Counted from the first letter of the stretch, positions 9,211-18,363 are shown. The stretch: 32,000 nt of DNA from Promethearchaeum syntrophicum (GCF_008000775.2 NZ_CP042905.2:4110001-4142000), one strand, 5' to 3'. The notes: generated by a model from the sequence alone, not told the origin. Numbers and translations: made by a program.

Positions 9211-10161
9211 ATGGCTAATTTAGATCACTTTGATGCAAATCCATATCATTTTCTCCCAGATGAGGGAAAATGGGCAAAAATAAGCCGACTCCAAAGAGGT
9301 TATTCTCCGATAAGAAAATACTATCTCGAAAATCATAATAGAACAACCTTTTTACTCCAAGTGGCGATTTCATCCCAAATTCAACTTCTCTCAAGAGTTT
9401 TTAAGCATATCAAATATCTCTTTCTTCAGTCTGTTCCGGTTCCTGAACCAATTTCTTTAAAATATAGTGTTAATAGCCAATATTTATTTGGTTTATTTAA
9501 ATGGATACCAGGAAACGACGCTGAATATGGCATCTCTCAATACTCTCCAAAAATTCAATATAATTTAGGAATAAAAGCGGGAAAAATTTTATCCAAAATT
9601 CATACTCTCCCAAGTCTTGAAAAACATAATGCAGAATATGGCTCTGAAGTTAATAAAATTCAACAGAAAATCGAGGAATATTCAAAATGTGGTTCAAAAT
9701 TCCAGTATGATTTGAGTGTTAAAAATTTCCTCCTAAAAAACTTACAATTGGTAGAAAATCGTCCAGTTGTTATTCGACATGGTGATCATAATATCGCAAA
9801 TTTGATTATTACCCCTTCTCATGATATTGCTTTTATCGATTTTGGTCAATTATGCTATGGAGATCCGTGGGATGATTTTAATAGAATGGTTTATTCATGG
9901 CGAGTCAGCCCAGTTTTTGCTAATGGACAAGTTCATGGATATTTCAATGAAAACATTCCTGACACCTTTCTTCCAATAATGGCGATATATACTGCACGTG
10001 GGTTGCTCGGAGCATTACCATGGGCAAAGAATCATGGTGATGAAACCATAAAACGTGTTCGTTCTCTAATCCAACAAGTACTCAAAAGTTATAACTATTT
10101 TCAAAATGTCCAACCTGAATGGTATAAATCTCCAGCTGAAATTAAAGCCCAATTAGAGTAA
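9211..10161 (+). CDS. Aminoglycoside phosphotransferase (APH)/choline kinase-like protein
   Basis: VIRHGDHNIANLII (catalytic HGDxxxxN) and IAFIDFGQLCYGDPWDDFNRM (metal-binding D), plus FKWIPGNDAE hinge region. Confidence 0.85.
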   Translation: MANLDHFDANPYHFLPDEGKWAKISRLQRGYSPIRKYYLENHNRTTFLLQVAISSQIQLLSRVFKHIKYLFLQSVPVPEPISLKYSVNSQYLFGLFKWIPGNDAEYGISQYSPKIQYNLGIKAGKILSKIHTLPSLEKHNAEYGSEVNKIQQKIEEYSKCGSKFQYDLSVKNFLLKNLQLVENRPVVIRHGDHNIANLIITPSHDIAFIDFGQLCYGDPWDDFNRMVYSWRVSPVFANGQVHGYFNENIPDTFLPIMAIYTARGLLGALPWAKNHGDETIKRVRSLIQQVLKSYNYFQNVQPEWYKSPAEIKAQLE

Positions 10162-10191
10162 GGTAAAAAATTTTTTCTGTTAATTATAATG

Positions 10192-10210
10192 GCGCCTCTC
10201 GAGGGGAATC
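10192..10210 (+). repeat. Copy 1 of a 19-nt GC-rich motif (GCGCCTCTCGAGGGGAATC)
   Basis: 18/19 identical, same orientation, to 14189-14207. Confidence 0.8.
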
Positions 10211-10225
10211 GGAGTGCATGTAATG

Positions 10226-10294
10226 CAAGTGTATTACGCTTAAATATTGAGACAAAATCGTCAAATTATGAGTAATTATAATGTAATACACTTG
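10226..10294. repeat. Perfect 12-bp inverted repeat, 45-nt loop (CAAGTGTATTAC at 10226-10237 / GTAATACACTTG at 10283-10294)
   Basis: Read directly from sequence; lies between convergent genes. Confidence 0.75.
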
Positions 10295-10351
10295 TATCAC
10301 ATTATTTTTAGAAAAATAAGAAATTCAAATTTTACTTAAGAAGAAAAAAAA

Positions 10352-10948
10352 TCATGATATTACTATAAAAAGTAAATTAATCATGAAAATAATCAAACCT
10401 AAAACGAACGGGATAGATCCTAAGACTATTACTCGTTTTGATGGAAAAACTTCAGTATTTTCTAATGCTAGCCATTTATTTTTGCCACCATCCTTGTTCG
10501 CAAGGTTCTTCGCCATATTCAGAAAATCCCGTTTACTCCGATATCGAATTATTGCTATTTGATCCCATGTAATTGATTTGTCATTATATATAAATTTCCC
10601 AATTATTTTACTCATAAAAATCGGAAAAGATCCACGTTTAAGCAGTTCTGGCATGACTTGCCGTGAATATTTTTTATGGGCTTTCATGGCTTCACTTTCA
10701 GGATTATTATCTCGGAATTTCATTAAATTTACCATTAAAAACTCTTTTCCATCATCTTGAGTGGTTATCTCTCGAAAAGCATTAAATAAATGATTTTCCC
10801 TTTCACTCGTAATATTACTTGTTCTTTTTATTTCTTCAATAATGTTTTCGGTCTCTGACGGGCTGAGTGGTTTTCTGAAACCCTTATACCATATTAGAAA
10901 AAGTATATAAAGAATACCTGAAATACTGATTAATATTATTTTATTCAT
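10352..10948 (-). CDS. Small membrane-anchored protein with DUF1330/dimeric alpha-beta barrel-like central domain
   Basis: MNKIILISISG start (ORF open from 11017 but would overlap the upstream gene); KEFLMVNLMKFRD...KKYSRQVMPELLKRGSFPIF; TM helix at each end. Confidence 0.6.
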   Translation of the reverse strand: MNKIILISISGILYILFLIWYKGFRKPLSPSETENIIEEIKRTSNITSERENHLFNAFREITTQDDGKEFLMVNLMKFRDNNPESEAMKAHKKYSRQVMPELLKRGSFPIFMSKIIGKFIYNDKSITWDQIAIIRYRSKRDFLNMAKNLANKDGGKNKWLALENTEVFPSKRVIVLGSIPFVLGLIIFMINLLFIVIS

Positions 10949-10964
10949 ATCTAAATCACCTTTT

Positions 10965-11831
10965 TTACTCTTTTTTGCAAAATTTGACCAGAAGTTCACT
11001 TGTCTTCTCTGCTTCATCTTCTAACACCCAATGAGAAGCATTTTCAAAAAACTTCACCTGTGCATTTTGACACATTTTGGCAGATTCGGGTGCCATCTCC
11101 CACATTAAATGCGGATCTTTTTTCCCCCACACAATCATTGTTGGGTTTTCGATGATTGAATAATTTTTCTTCGGATTACGTTCTTTTAGCATGCATCGAT
11201 ACCAATTTAACATCGCTGTAAGTGATCCCGGTTGTTTCCATGCAATTTGATAACGATTTAGTATATCCTTTGAGAATGAATCTTTCATAGCAGATGATAG
11301 CATTTTCATATTTGTTAATCGGATCAATATCTCAGGTAACAAGGGAATGCGGAAAAAAAATGCATACCATGATTTTTTTCGCTGTGTTTTACTATTTTTT
11401 AGAAATTGTGCTAGAATTTGGGGATGGGGAACATTAAAAATGATTAATCGGTTAACGCGCGCAGAATATTTTTCCATCAAATTCCATGCGACCATTGCTC
11501 CAAAATCATGCCCCGCCAAATAGAATTTGTCAATATTTAGTGCATCAGCAAGGTAAATTACATCCTCTACAAGTAAATACATTTTGTAATTGGATTTTCC
11601 TTTCGGTTTATCACTTAGATTATATCCACGTTGATCTGGAGCGATTACAAAAAAATTACTGGCTGTCAATGCATGAATTTGTTGTTCCCAGCCAAAATGA
11701 GCATCTGGAAATCCATGTAGTAAAATAATTGGTTTTCCGAAGTGATTTCCCGCTAAAGCAACATGTAATCGAATCGAGCCTACCGAGATCATTTTGTATG
11801 AAATTTCAGCCGGTTTTTCCATATTTATCAC
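10965..11831 (-). CDS. Alpha/beta hydrolase (epoxide hydrolase/dehalogenase-like)
   Basis: ILLHGFPDAHFGWEQQI, VIAPDQRGYNLSDKP, LAGHDFGAMVAWNLMEKY, IVWGKKDPHLMWE, ENASHWVLEDE. Confidence 0.9.
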   Translation of the reverse strand: MINMEKPAEISYKMISVGSIRLHVALAGNHFGKPIILLHGFPDAHFGWEQQIHALTASNFFVIAPDQRGYNLSDKPKGKSNYKMYLLVEDVIYLADALNIDKFYLAGHDFGAMVAWNLMEKYSARVNRLIIFNVPHPQILAQFLKNSKTQRKKSWYAFFFRIPLLPEILIRLTNMKMLSSAMKDSFSKDILNRYQIAWKQPGSLTAMLNWYRCMLKERNPKKNYSIIENPTMIVWGKKDPHLMWEMAPESAKMCQNAQVKFFENASHWVLEDEAEKTSELLVKFCKKE

Positions 11832-12736
11832 TTAATCTTCCTTCTGTAATTATAAATTTTGATCCGTGTATAGATAAAAGCCACAATACAAATTGCAAAA
11901 TAGCCTATCATCATATATTGGCCTAATAGCTGGGATTCAGGCTCAATCCCCATGATTCGTAAATTAATTCCCCCCAGGAAATACATAATAGGTATTAGTA
12001 ATAATATAACCTCCGAGTTTTTCGGAACTTTACGAGCAATAGTTATGTGTAATAACCCTGTTGTGATATTAGATATACCGAAAGCCACCATTAGTATTAA
12101 TAAATCATCAATATGGGGATCTGTAAAATCATATCCTGCAATGTTCGCAGCTGCATATGATATATTTAATGTATGCGCATATGCCCGAACAAGGTCCACG
12201 CATCCAAGAATAATGAGTATGATCGGTGCAAGTTTCGGGAGATATTCATGCGATTGGTTACTTTCTTTATAGTCAACTAGGTTGGGATCATCGTTTTTCT
12301 TGTGTGTAATCATATACAGTTTACTGACGATAAATGCGAGAAGGCAAAGTCCTATATAAGCTAACATAATATACTTGCCGAGAAAATCACTTGTGTTTTC
12401 AATATTATTTATAGGAATAGAGATAAATCCGATTATATGAGAAATGACCAGATATAAAAGCGCAATGTCGGCATATTTTTTCGCTTTGAGGGCTACAATA
12501 ATAAATAGAATACCACTGATGATATTCGAAATTCCTAAAGTATTCATCTGAAATAATTGATCGGAGATATTTGTGGCTGAGTAGTCTAGGTGTGCAAATG
12601 TTGCAATGGCTTGTTCCATAAAAAATGTATGCATTAATCCTCGGACAATATCAATAATTCCAATAATTAGGAGGGTAATCCATGTAAATTTTGGTGGCAT
12701 GGGTTTATTTTTATGATTTTTGTTCAAATGAATCAT
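11828..12736 (-). CDS. Membrane protein made of two tandem 4-TM modules
   Basis: Internal duplication: ITLLIIGIIDIVRGLMHTFF...GISNIISGILFIIVALK and IILIILGCVDLVRAYAHTLN...GISNITTGLLHITIARK. Confidence 0.75.
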   Translation of the reverse strand: MIHLNKNHKNKPMPPKFTWITLLIIGIIDIVRGLMHTFFMEQAIATFAHLDYSATNISDQLFQMNTLGISNIISGILFIIVALKAKKYADIALLYLVISHIIGFISIPINNIENTSDFLGKYIMLAYIGLCLLAFIVSKLYMITHKKNDDPNLVDYKESNQSHEYLPKLAPIILIILGCVDLVRAYAHTLNISYAAANIAGYDFTDPHIDDLLILMVAFGISNITTGLLHITIARKVPKNSEVILLLIPIMYFLGGINLRIMGIEPESQLLGQYMMIGYFAICIVAFIYTRIKIYNYRRKIK

Positions 12737-12764
12737 CTCGTATGTAGAAGCTGTAAAAAAAAGG

Positions 12765-13268
12765 CTAAGATGTCTTTCTTTTAACTGGGAAGAAAGACCA
12801 TATTAACATTCCTAAGGCAAGCGGAACAAGAATTAAATTTACGAGCGCACCTGGTGGAGTACCAGTGAGGACATCGCCCATCGGTTTCATGATTCCGGTA
12901 ACGAATCGCATTACATATTCAATTATCATGAGGGTGAACATCATTGGTATTAGATTCTTGTATTTCATAAGTACAATAATATATATTAATCCGATCAAGA
13001 GTTGGGACAACCCCCAAAGAGAAAAAATATGATAGATAACATTATTGGGATCAGGAGATCCGCTAAAGACCACAATTGTCGCGATAGAATTTGCACCACC
13101 ATCAGGTGCAAATATATGGATGAGACTTCTAACAATTGTAAAGATGGTTAATACTCCAAAGATATATACAATTATCTTGTTGAACTTGACGTCATTATTT
13201 ACATTATCAGGCAATAACGTTTTTAATATTGATTTTGATTTTGGTGTAATTTGTTGTTTTTCTGACAT
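12765..13268 (-). CDS. 4-TM membrane protein related to the modules of the neighbouring 302-aa protein
   Basis: VYIFGVLTIFTIVRSLIHIFAPDGGANSIATIVVFS...WGLSQLLIGLIYIIVLMKYK... follows the same VR..H / G(I/L)S...G layout in single copy. Confidence 0.7.
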   Translation of the reverse strand: MSEKQQITPKSKSILKTLLPDNVNNDVKFNKIIVYIFGVLTIFTIVRSLIHIFAPDGGANSIATIVVFSGSPDPNNVIYHIFSLWGLSQLLIGLIYIIVLMKYKNLIPMMFTLMIIEYVMRFVTGIMKPMGDVLTGTPPGALVNLILVPLALGMLIWSFFPVKRKTS

Positions 13269-13279
13269 TTTTTTTTCAT

Positions 13280-13870
13280 TTAAGTTAGTTTTTTGATTCC
13301 TGTAAAAAATAAGGCAATTGAACTTCTTATGTCGGCTAAAATCAATTTGAGATCTGGCTCTTCTTTGTGAATTAGCTGATTAGATGTGATATTTCGCTTT
13401 AATCCTTCAAGTAAGTGAAAAAATGTTGTTACAATCTGTTTTGTATTTAAATTTCGAATTTCACCCTTAGATATACCTTCTTCAATAAGGTTGCTAAAGA
13501 ATTGGTATTCATATTCGCGTACCTCGACGATTCTATAAAGAATATTTTTTGATAATAATTTGAAATCTAAGGAAATTAACTGAGAAAATAACGAGTTCTT
13601 TAAAAAAAACTTTAGATGATATTCAAAAAATAAGTAAACTTGTTCTTGAACAGAAAGCGGTTGTGAGATCGTTGTGAATTGATCTTTATATCTTTGAAAA
13701 TTGAGTAAAAGAACTTCTATAAAGAGATCTTCCTTATTTTTAAAGTAATGGTAAAGAGAAGTTTTATCTAAGCCAACTGCTTCCCCAATATCCTTCAAAG
13801 TCGTTTTTTTGTATCCAAATCGCTCGAAAATTTCTTGTGCTGTGACAATGATCTCACTTTTTTCCATCAT
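13280..13870 (-). CDS. TetR/AcrR family transcriptional regulator
   Basis: N-terminal HTH: IIVTAQEIFERFGYKKTTLKDIGEAVGLDKTSLYHYFKNKEDLFIEVL. Confidence 0.92.
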   Translation of the reverse strand: MMEKSEIIVTAQEIFERFGYKKTTLKDIGEAVGLDKTSLYHYFKNKEDLFIEVLLLNFQRYKDQFTTISQPLSVQEQVYLFFEYHLKFFLKNSLFSQLISLDFKLLSKNILYRIVEVREYEYQFFSNLIEEGISKGEIRNLNTKQIVTTFFHLLEGLKRNITSNQLIHKEEPDLKLILADIRSSIALFFTGIKKLT

Positions 13871-14162
13871 ATATAATGCAATAATCCAACAATCAATTTA
13901 ATAGTTTGATTTTTGGAATATAAGTTTTCAATATTATCTTACAAATTTCAAGAATTCGAAAAGATATTACTTAATTTAATTGATTTTGACAATTCCTCGT
14001 AAATTATCAGATTTTTTTGGATTCTGGATAAACAAAGTAAAATAATATATTCTGTTAAAAGAGATAATTGGAAATTCCAAACTTATGGTTTCAATAAAAA
14101 GATGTAACACAAATTTCCAGTTTAATTCAATAAATTTGCTTTGGAAGTGAAGAAAAATGAAT

Positions 14163-14182
14163 TGTAACCCAAATGGGTTACA
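14163..14182. repeat. 8-bp inverted repeat with 4-nt spacer: TGTAACCC-AAAT-GGGTTACA
   Basis: Read directly; 6 nt upstream of the second GC-rich motif. Confidence 0.8.
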
Positions 14183-14188
14183 AATAGA

Positions 14189-14207
14189 GCGGCTCTCGAG
14201 GGGAATC
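14189..14207 (+). repeat. Copy 2 of the 19-nt GC-rich motif (GCGGCTCTCGAGGGGAATC)
   Basis: 18/19 identical to 10192-10210. Confidence 0.8.
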
Positions 14208-14285
14208 AAACCTCCCATTTGTTGAAGATCTTCAAATCGGGGAGTGTGGACAGCTATTAAAAATATTGGTTTTTACAGATATCTT

Positions 14286-15710
14286 TTATCGAAATGCATC
14301 AAATCGGGGATTTGGATCCAATTTTCTCATCATTTCATCAATTCCTGGTTCTACTCCTTGAAATAATAAGTAGCCCTTATTAGGTTCTCGTGTAATCATT
14401 TCTCCTCGAAGATTGGTTTGCATTAATTTTCTTACTTCATTATAATCTCTTGTATGTCCTAATATCCAAATCATTTTTGCATAAGCTGCACAAGGAATCA
14501 TCGTACCACCTTCAATCACACCCCGTGCTAGCATATCTCTCCCAGTCTCATAAACACGTAAATTTGTACTTCCAAACAGAGGTTCAACAACCATTGCAAT
14601 GGGGATTTCTGCTTCTTTTGCTCGATCTAATGCTGGAAACATATAAGAACTCACGTGTCCTAACCCTGTACCAATCATAATTATTCCATGATAATCTTTA
14701 TCAATTGCAGATTCGAGAATATCGTTATCCATTCCTGGGTAGAAATAGAGAATAGCCACTCGCTCATCCATTTTAGCATCCAACCATGTATCTTCAATTT
14801 TGCCACGTTTTCGAATATCATTTTTCAAGAAATTAATGTTTTGGTTTGCATCTATAGTTCCTAAAGGAATATCACTAATTGTTCTGAAAGCATCACGTCG
14901 ACTGGAATGCATTTTACGAACACGTGTTCCTCGATGAATAAGATTGTATGCATCATTTGAATTTCCATGCATGCAAATAACAACTTCAGCCAGATCAGCA
15001 TAACCTGCAATTTTGCTAGCATTAATAATGTTTAAAGGACCATCACTTGAAGGTCTATCACTTGATCTTTGAGAGCCGACGAAAACTATAGGGGCGGCTA
15101 AATCTTGGAATGCAAATGAAAGAAAAGCTGATGTGAATGACATTGTGTCAGTTCCGTGACCAATTATTACTCCATCTGCTCCACTATCAAATTCTTTCAT
15201 CACTGCTTGGGCAGTTTTTACCCAGAATTCCGGTTTAAAATTCTCTGAGAGGATTCCATAAATTTTTTTGGGGGTTAATTGGCAGATATCCATTAATTCA
15301 GGGACTGCAGAGAATAATTCTTGAGGTGTGAATGCAGGTAAAACAGCTCCAGTTCGATAATCTAACCGAGAAGCTACTGTACCGCCAGTTCCCAAAAGAG
15401 TCACCTTTGGTAAATTCTTATTCATACGCACAGTTACATCAGGAAGTTTATATTCTCCTTTCTTAAACCCAATTTCTTCTATTGAACATTCTTCCGTTAG
15501 ATAAATCCCGATATTATAACCTGTATCAACCTTGATGACTAGATAATTCTCAGAAGTGTTTTCTGATCTGGGGAGAACTACACCTTCATAAATCGCGTTT
15601 CCTTTCTTAACACGGACCATACTCCAAACCCCAATATTCTCTCTTACTAGCCATTCACGTAATGCGCCTTTATAACCAGTTGGGTCTCTTAATTCAGCTT
15701 CATTTGTCAT
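14286..15710 (-). CDS. gatD: Glu-tRNA(Gln) amidotransferase subunit D, copy 1
   Basis: LLGTGGTVASRLDYRTGAVLPAF, IIGHGTDTMSFT, VFVGSQRSSDRPSSDG, MHGNSNDAYNLIHRGTRVRKMHSSRRDAFR, EPLFGSTNLRVYETG. ATG at 15710 next to the gatE stop at 15712; ORF open to 15746. Confidence 0.93.
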   Translation of the reverse strand: MTNEAELRDPTGYKGALREWLVRENIGVWSMVRVKKGNAIYEGVVLPRSENTSENYLVIKVDTGYNIGIYLTEECSIEEIGFKKGEYKLPDVTVRMNKNLPKVTLLGTGGTVASRLDYRTGAVLPAFTPQELFSAVPELMDICQLTPKKIYGILSENFKPEFWVKTAQAVMKEFDSGADGVIIGHGTDTMSFTSAFLSFAFQDLAAPIVFVGSQRSSDRPSSDGPLNIINASKIAGYADLAEVVICMHGNSNDAYNLIHRGTRVRKMHSSRRDAFRTISDIPLGTIDANQNINFLKNDIRKRGKIEDTWLDAKMDERVAILYFYPGMDNDILESAIDKDYHGIIMIGTGLGHVSSYMFPALDRAKEAEIPIAMVVEPLFGSTNLRVYETGRDMLARGVIEGGTMIPCAAYAKMIWILGHTRDYNEVRKLMQTNLRGEMITREPNKGYLLFQGVEPGIDEMMRKLDPNPRFDAFR

Positions 15711-15711
15711 C

Positions 15712-17709
15712 TTATTTATCCTCCAAGTGTTTTCTGACAAATTCATTCATATTTTTTCCAGAATGAGCTCTTTTTATTTTTCTCATCAAGATACCAGTAA
15801 TTTGGTTTATTTTATATTGTTTGTTTAAGTCCACAAACAGTTGCTCTTTTAATTTAATTTTGTTTTTCTTTAGTTGGTTCTTATTATATTCATCCAGAGC
15901 ATCAGTAAACATTTTTTCAAGTTCATTTTCTCCAATTTTTATAATATCTAAATCAGATAAAATCTGTTGGACACTTTTTTCTGAAGATTTAACTTTTTCT
16001 TTTAAGATTTTTGGAATCACACTATTATCGTATAACTCTTGTTGTGCTCCTTTAATTACTTCTTTAATATTTTCAAATGAAATTTTATTTATCTCAATCC
16101 CTTCTCTTTGGAGAGCTTTTAGGGTTTCTTCAAGAATTTTATAGACCAATTTAGGATTAAATCCATTTTCCATTAATTTCTCAAAATCTTTGAGTCGATT
16201 AGTTCTAATAAGCTGTTTTAATTGTTCAAAAGTCAATCCATATTTCTCACAATATTCGTTTTCAATTTCCCACGGTCTTTTTCCAACTTTTTCTTTCAAT
16301 GCATAGACTTTATCCATATCCATATCGATAATTGGGGTATCGGTATCAGGATAGAGGCGATCTTTGCCATGGATTACGCGTAGGAATTCAGAATTCCCAT
16401 CAAGCAATGCTCTTCTAGTTTCTTGGGGGACTCCATTTGGAGCAATCTTTATTCGTTCTATGATCTTTTTCAACCCATGTATACACCATTTTTGGGATCC
16501 AAGAACTAAAGCGTAGGCATCACCATTTTTAACGTTAAGTGCTAATTTTATTTCTTTATCTAGTTCTTTAGTCATATTTGAGAAAAAGAAATTATCTGTA
16601 GCATTTTTATGTTGTTTTCTTAGAGAGTTTAGATTCATTTCATCTGAACTAAACATATTTTTCATTAGAAGTCCAGTAATCAGGGCTGTCTTCTCAAATA
16701 TATCTTGAATAAAATCCTTTTTAGGTTGAATTTCCAAACCCAAAATCCCATCTAACTTAGGTAATCGTATACCCATTACAATAAAATCATCTGGAATTTT
16801 AGCAGCTTTAAACTTATCTGTGAGTTCAAAATACGTATGTTCTACTTCATTAATATCAAAATCTCGATCTTTTAACATTTGTGCAATTTTAATAAGCATA
16901 TCTTGGCGGAGGCATTCATGTGAACACCATTTTTGGAATAATGATAGATCTTGAACTCCTTTTAATTCTACCCTATCTCCTCCCGCTATGCTTATATTAA
17001 CATCTTGTCTTGCAGAACCAATCCCTCTTCTCCCAATACCGCTCAATCTTAAAGTTAATCCAATTATCTCAGCTAATTTTAATAAATCCTTAGGATTATC
17101 ACAATCTCGATGATCCGTAATGACTTCTACTAAAGGTATCCCCAATCGATCTAAATTATAGTATACCGTACGCCCGTAATTTTCTGTTTTAATTCGCCTA
17201 GCTGCATCTTCTTCGATTGTGAGGTTGGTAATCCCCATTTTTTTATCATTAACATAGGTATAACCATCACGAGCCACAATTGTAGTTCGTTGAAACCCGG
17301 TTGTTATAGATCCATCAAGATATTGTTTTCGAGCGAAAATAATTTCATCAACCATAGCAGACATATCAAACCAATGAGCTAATTCATAGCCTTTAAGTAT
17401 TGCTTCTTCATCTGGCCAATATGGTGGCATTTCATCTTGTTCATAAATACAATCCACATCTTCAAACGCATGATAAATACAACGATAACCCTTTTCGTAC
17501 TCTATTAACATTCCAGGATCATAATCCCCCATTTCACCTAATACAGGGCGAAAATAGCGTTCAAATCTATAATCTGGTTCAGTGGTGCTCTTTACCATTT
17601 CGGGTTTACAATTACAAAATAATTTTCTCTTTGTCTTAATCTGATGATGTACTTCAAGCCCCGCATGAAAACCGAGACTTTGATAATCTAATTCTTTTGG
17701 ATCCAGCAT
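15712..17709 (-). CDS. gatE: Glu-tRNA(Gln) amidotransferase subunit E, copy 1 (divergent)
   Basis: YQSLGFHAGLEVHHQIKTKRKLFCNC, DGSITTGFQRT, IEEDAARRI, NLDRLGIPLVEVITDHR, GIGSARQDVNISI, PNGVPQETRRALLDG, LYPDTDTPIIDM. ORF open to 17760. Confidence 0.92.
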   Translation of the reverse strand: MLDPKELDYQSLGFHAGLEVHHQIKTKRKLFCNCKPEMVKSTTEPDYRFERYFRPVLGEMGDYDPGMLIEYEKGYRCIYHAFEDVDCIYEQDEMPPYWPDEEAILKGYELAHWFDMSAMVDEIIFARKQYLDGSITTGFQRTTIVARDGYTYVNDKKMGITNLTIEEDAARRIKTENYGRTVYYNLDRLGIPLVEVITDHRDCDNPKDLLKLAEIIGLTLRLSGIGRRGIGSARQDVNISIAGGDRVELKGVQDLSLFQKWCSHECLRQDMLIKIAQMLKDRDFDINEVEHTYFELTDKFKAAKIPDDFIVMGIRLPKLDGILGLEIQPKKDFIQDIFEKTALITGLLMKNMFSSDEMNLNSLRKQHKNATDNFFFSNMTKELDKEIKLALNVKNGDAYALVLGSQKWCIHGLKKIIERIKIAPNGVPQETRRALLDGNSEFLRVIHGKDRLYPDTDTPIIDMDMDKVYALKEKVGKRPWEIENEYCEKYGLTFEQLKQLIRTNRLKDFEKLMENGFNPKLVYKILEETLKALQREGIEINKISFENIKEVIKGAQQELYDNSVIPKILKEKVKSSEKSVQQILSDLDIIKIGENELEKMFTDALDEYNKNQLKKNKIKLKEQLFVDLNKQYKINQITGILMRKIKRAHSGKNMNEFVRKHLEDK

Positions 17710-17970
17710 ATTTATACCACCATTATATCCTTGAATTTGGTTTTTGATAATGGTATACAACTTTCCTTGATTTGGAAAGTTATTGCTTTTTTAAAAAGTC
17801 GTGGTTTTTTCGTAATTATCAGTATGTGGAAGAAAAAAGATTTTTTTTCGTAACGTTTAGTACAAAAGAGAATATTAATATACTTTGATGATGATAGTTT
17901 AACGACACGTTTATTTCAAATTTAATGGAAGTTTTTACCGAAATAGAACGTGTAAGGTAGGAAATTAAAA

Positions 17971-18363
17971 ATGCCGATTGTAACACTAATAGAATATTGG
18001 CCTGCAAAATATTTTGGCTCTGAAGAAGAACAAGCTTGTATGGAACATGAATTTAAATTATATGGTCCAGTAGAAATGAAAGAAAAAGAATGGGGAATTG
18101 AACGTCTAGTCGTCTGTAGTCAATGGGAAGGTAGTAATGCCCGAACTATAGGAGTATATAAAATTCCTCCAACACATCTCAATGATTGGATTATGGATAA
18201 TGCTAAACGAAATTCCATCTACTACATGAAATTGGATGGGTTCGATTCAGAATATGAAATATGGGCTTCTGGCGAAGAATTGAATGATGTATTTAAAGAT
18301 GAACCATTTTATAAGAAAAGAATGGCTAATTACCAAGTATTATTTGAAAAATATAGTAAATGA
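17971..18363 (+). CDS. Hypothetical protein
   Basis: 130-aa ORF with balanced, non-repetitive composition; no recognised family. Confidence 0.6.
   Translation: MPIVTLIEYWPAKYFGSEEEQACMEHEFKLYGPVEMKEKEWGIERLVVCSQWEGSNARTIGVYKIPPTHLNDWIMDNAKRNSIYYMKLDGFDSEYEIWASGEELNDVFKDEPFYKKRMANYQVLFEKYSK

Noticed and set aside
10578-13296. Plus-strand ORFs 10578-10760, 11486-11728, 11729-11926, 11952-12272 and 13045-13296.
   Set aside because: All lie antisense to well-supported genes of the TetR operon and show no domain.
10192-14207. Calling the TetR operon a mobile element.
   Set aside because: No transposase, integrase or terminal inverted repeats found; only the short direct repeat supports it, so it is kept as a hypothesis.
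13976-14218. Minus-strand 80-aa ORF.
   Set aside because: Overlaps the palindromic region and repeat motif, with low-complexity Phe/Ile composition; not supported as coding.
14189-14240. Possible tRNA 3' half on the minus strand (GGAGGTTTGATTCCCCTCGAGAGCC resembles a T-arm plus acceptor).
   Set aside because: The T-stem has a mismatch, no complementary 5' acceptor (GCTCTCG) or D/anticodon arms were found at the right distance, and the other motif copy (10192-10210) lacks the T-loop bases.
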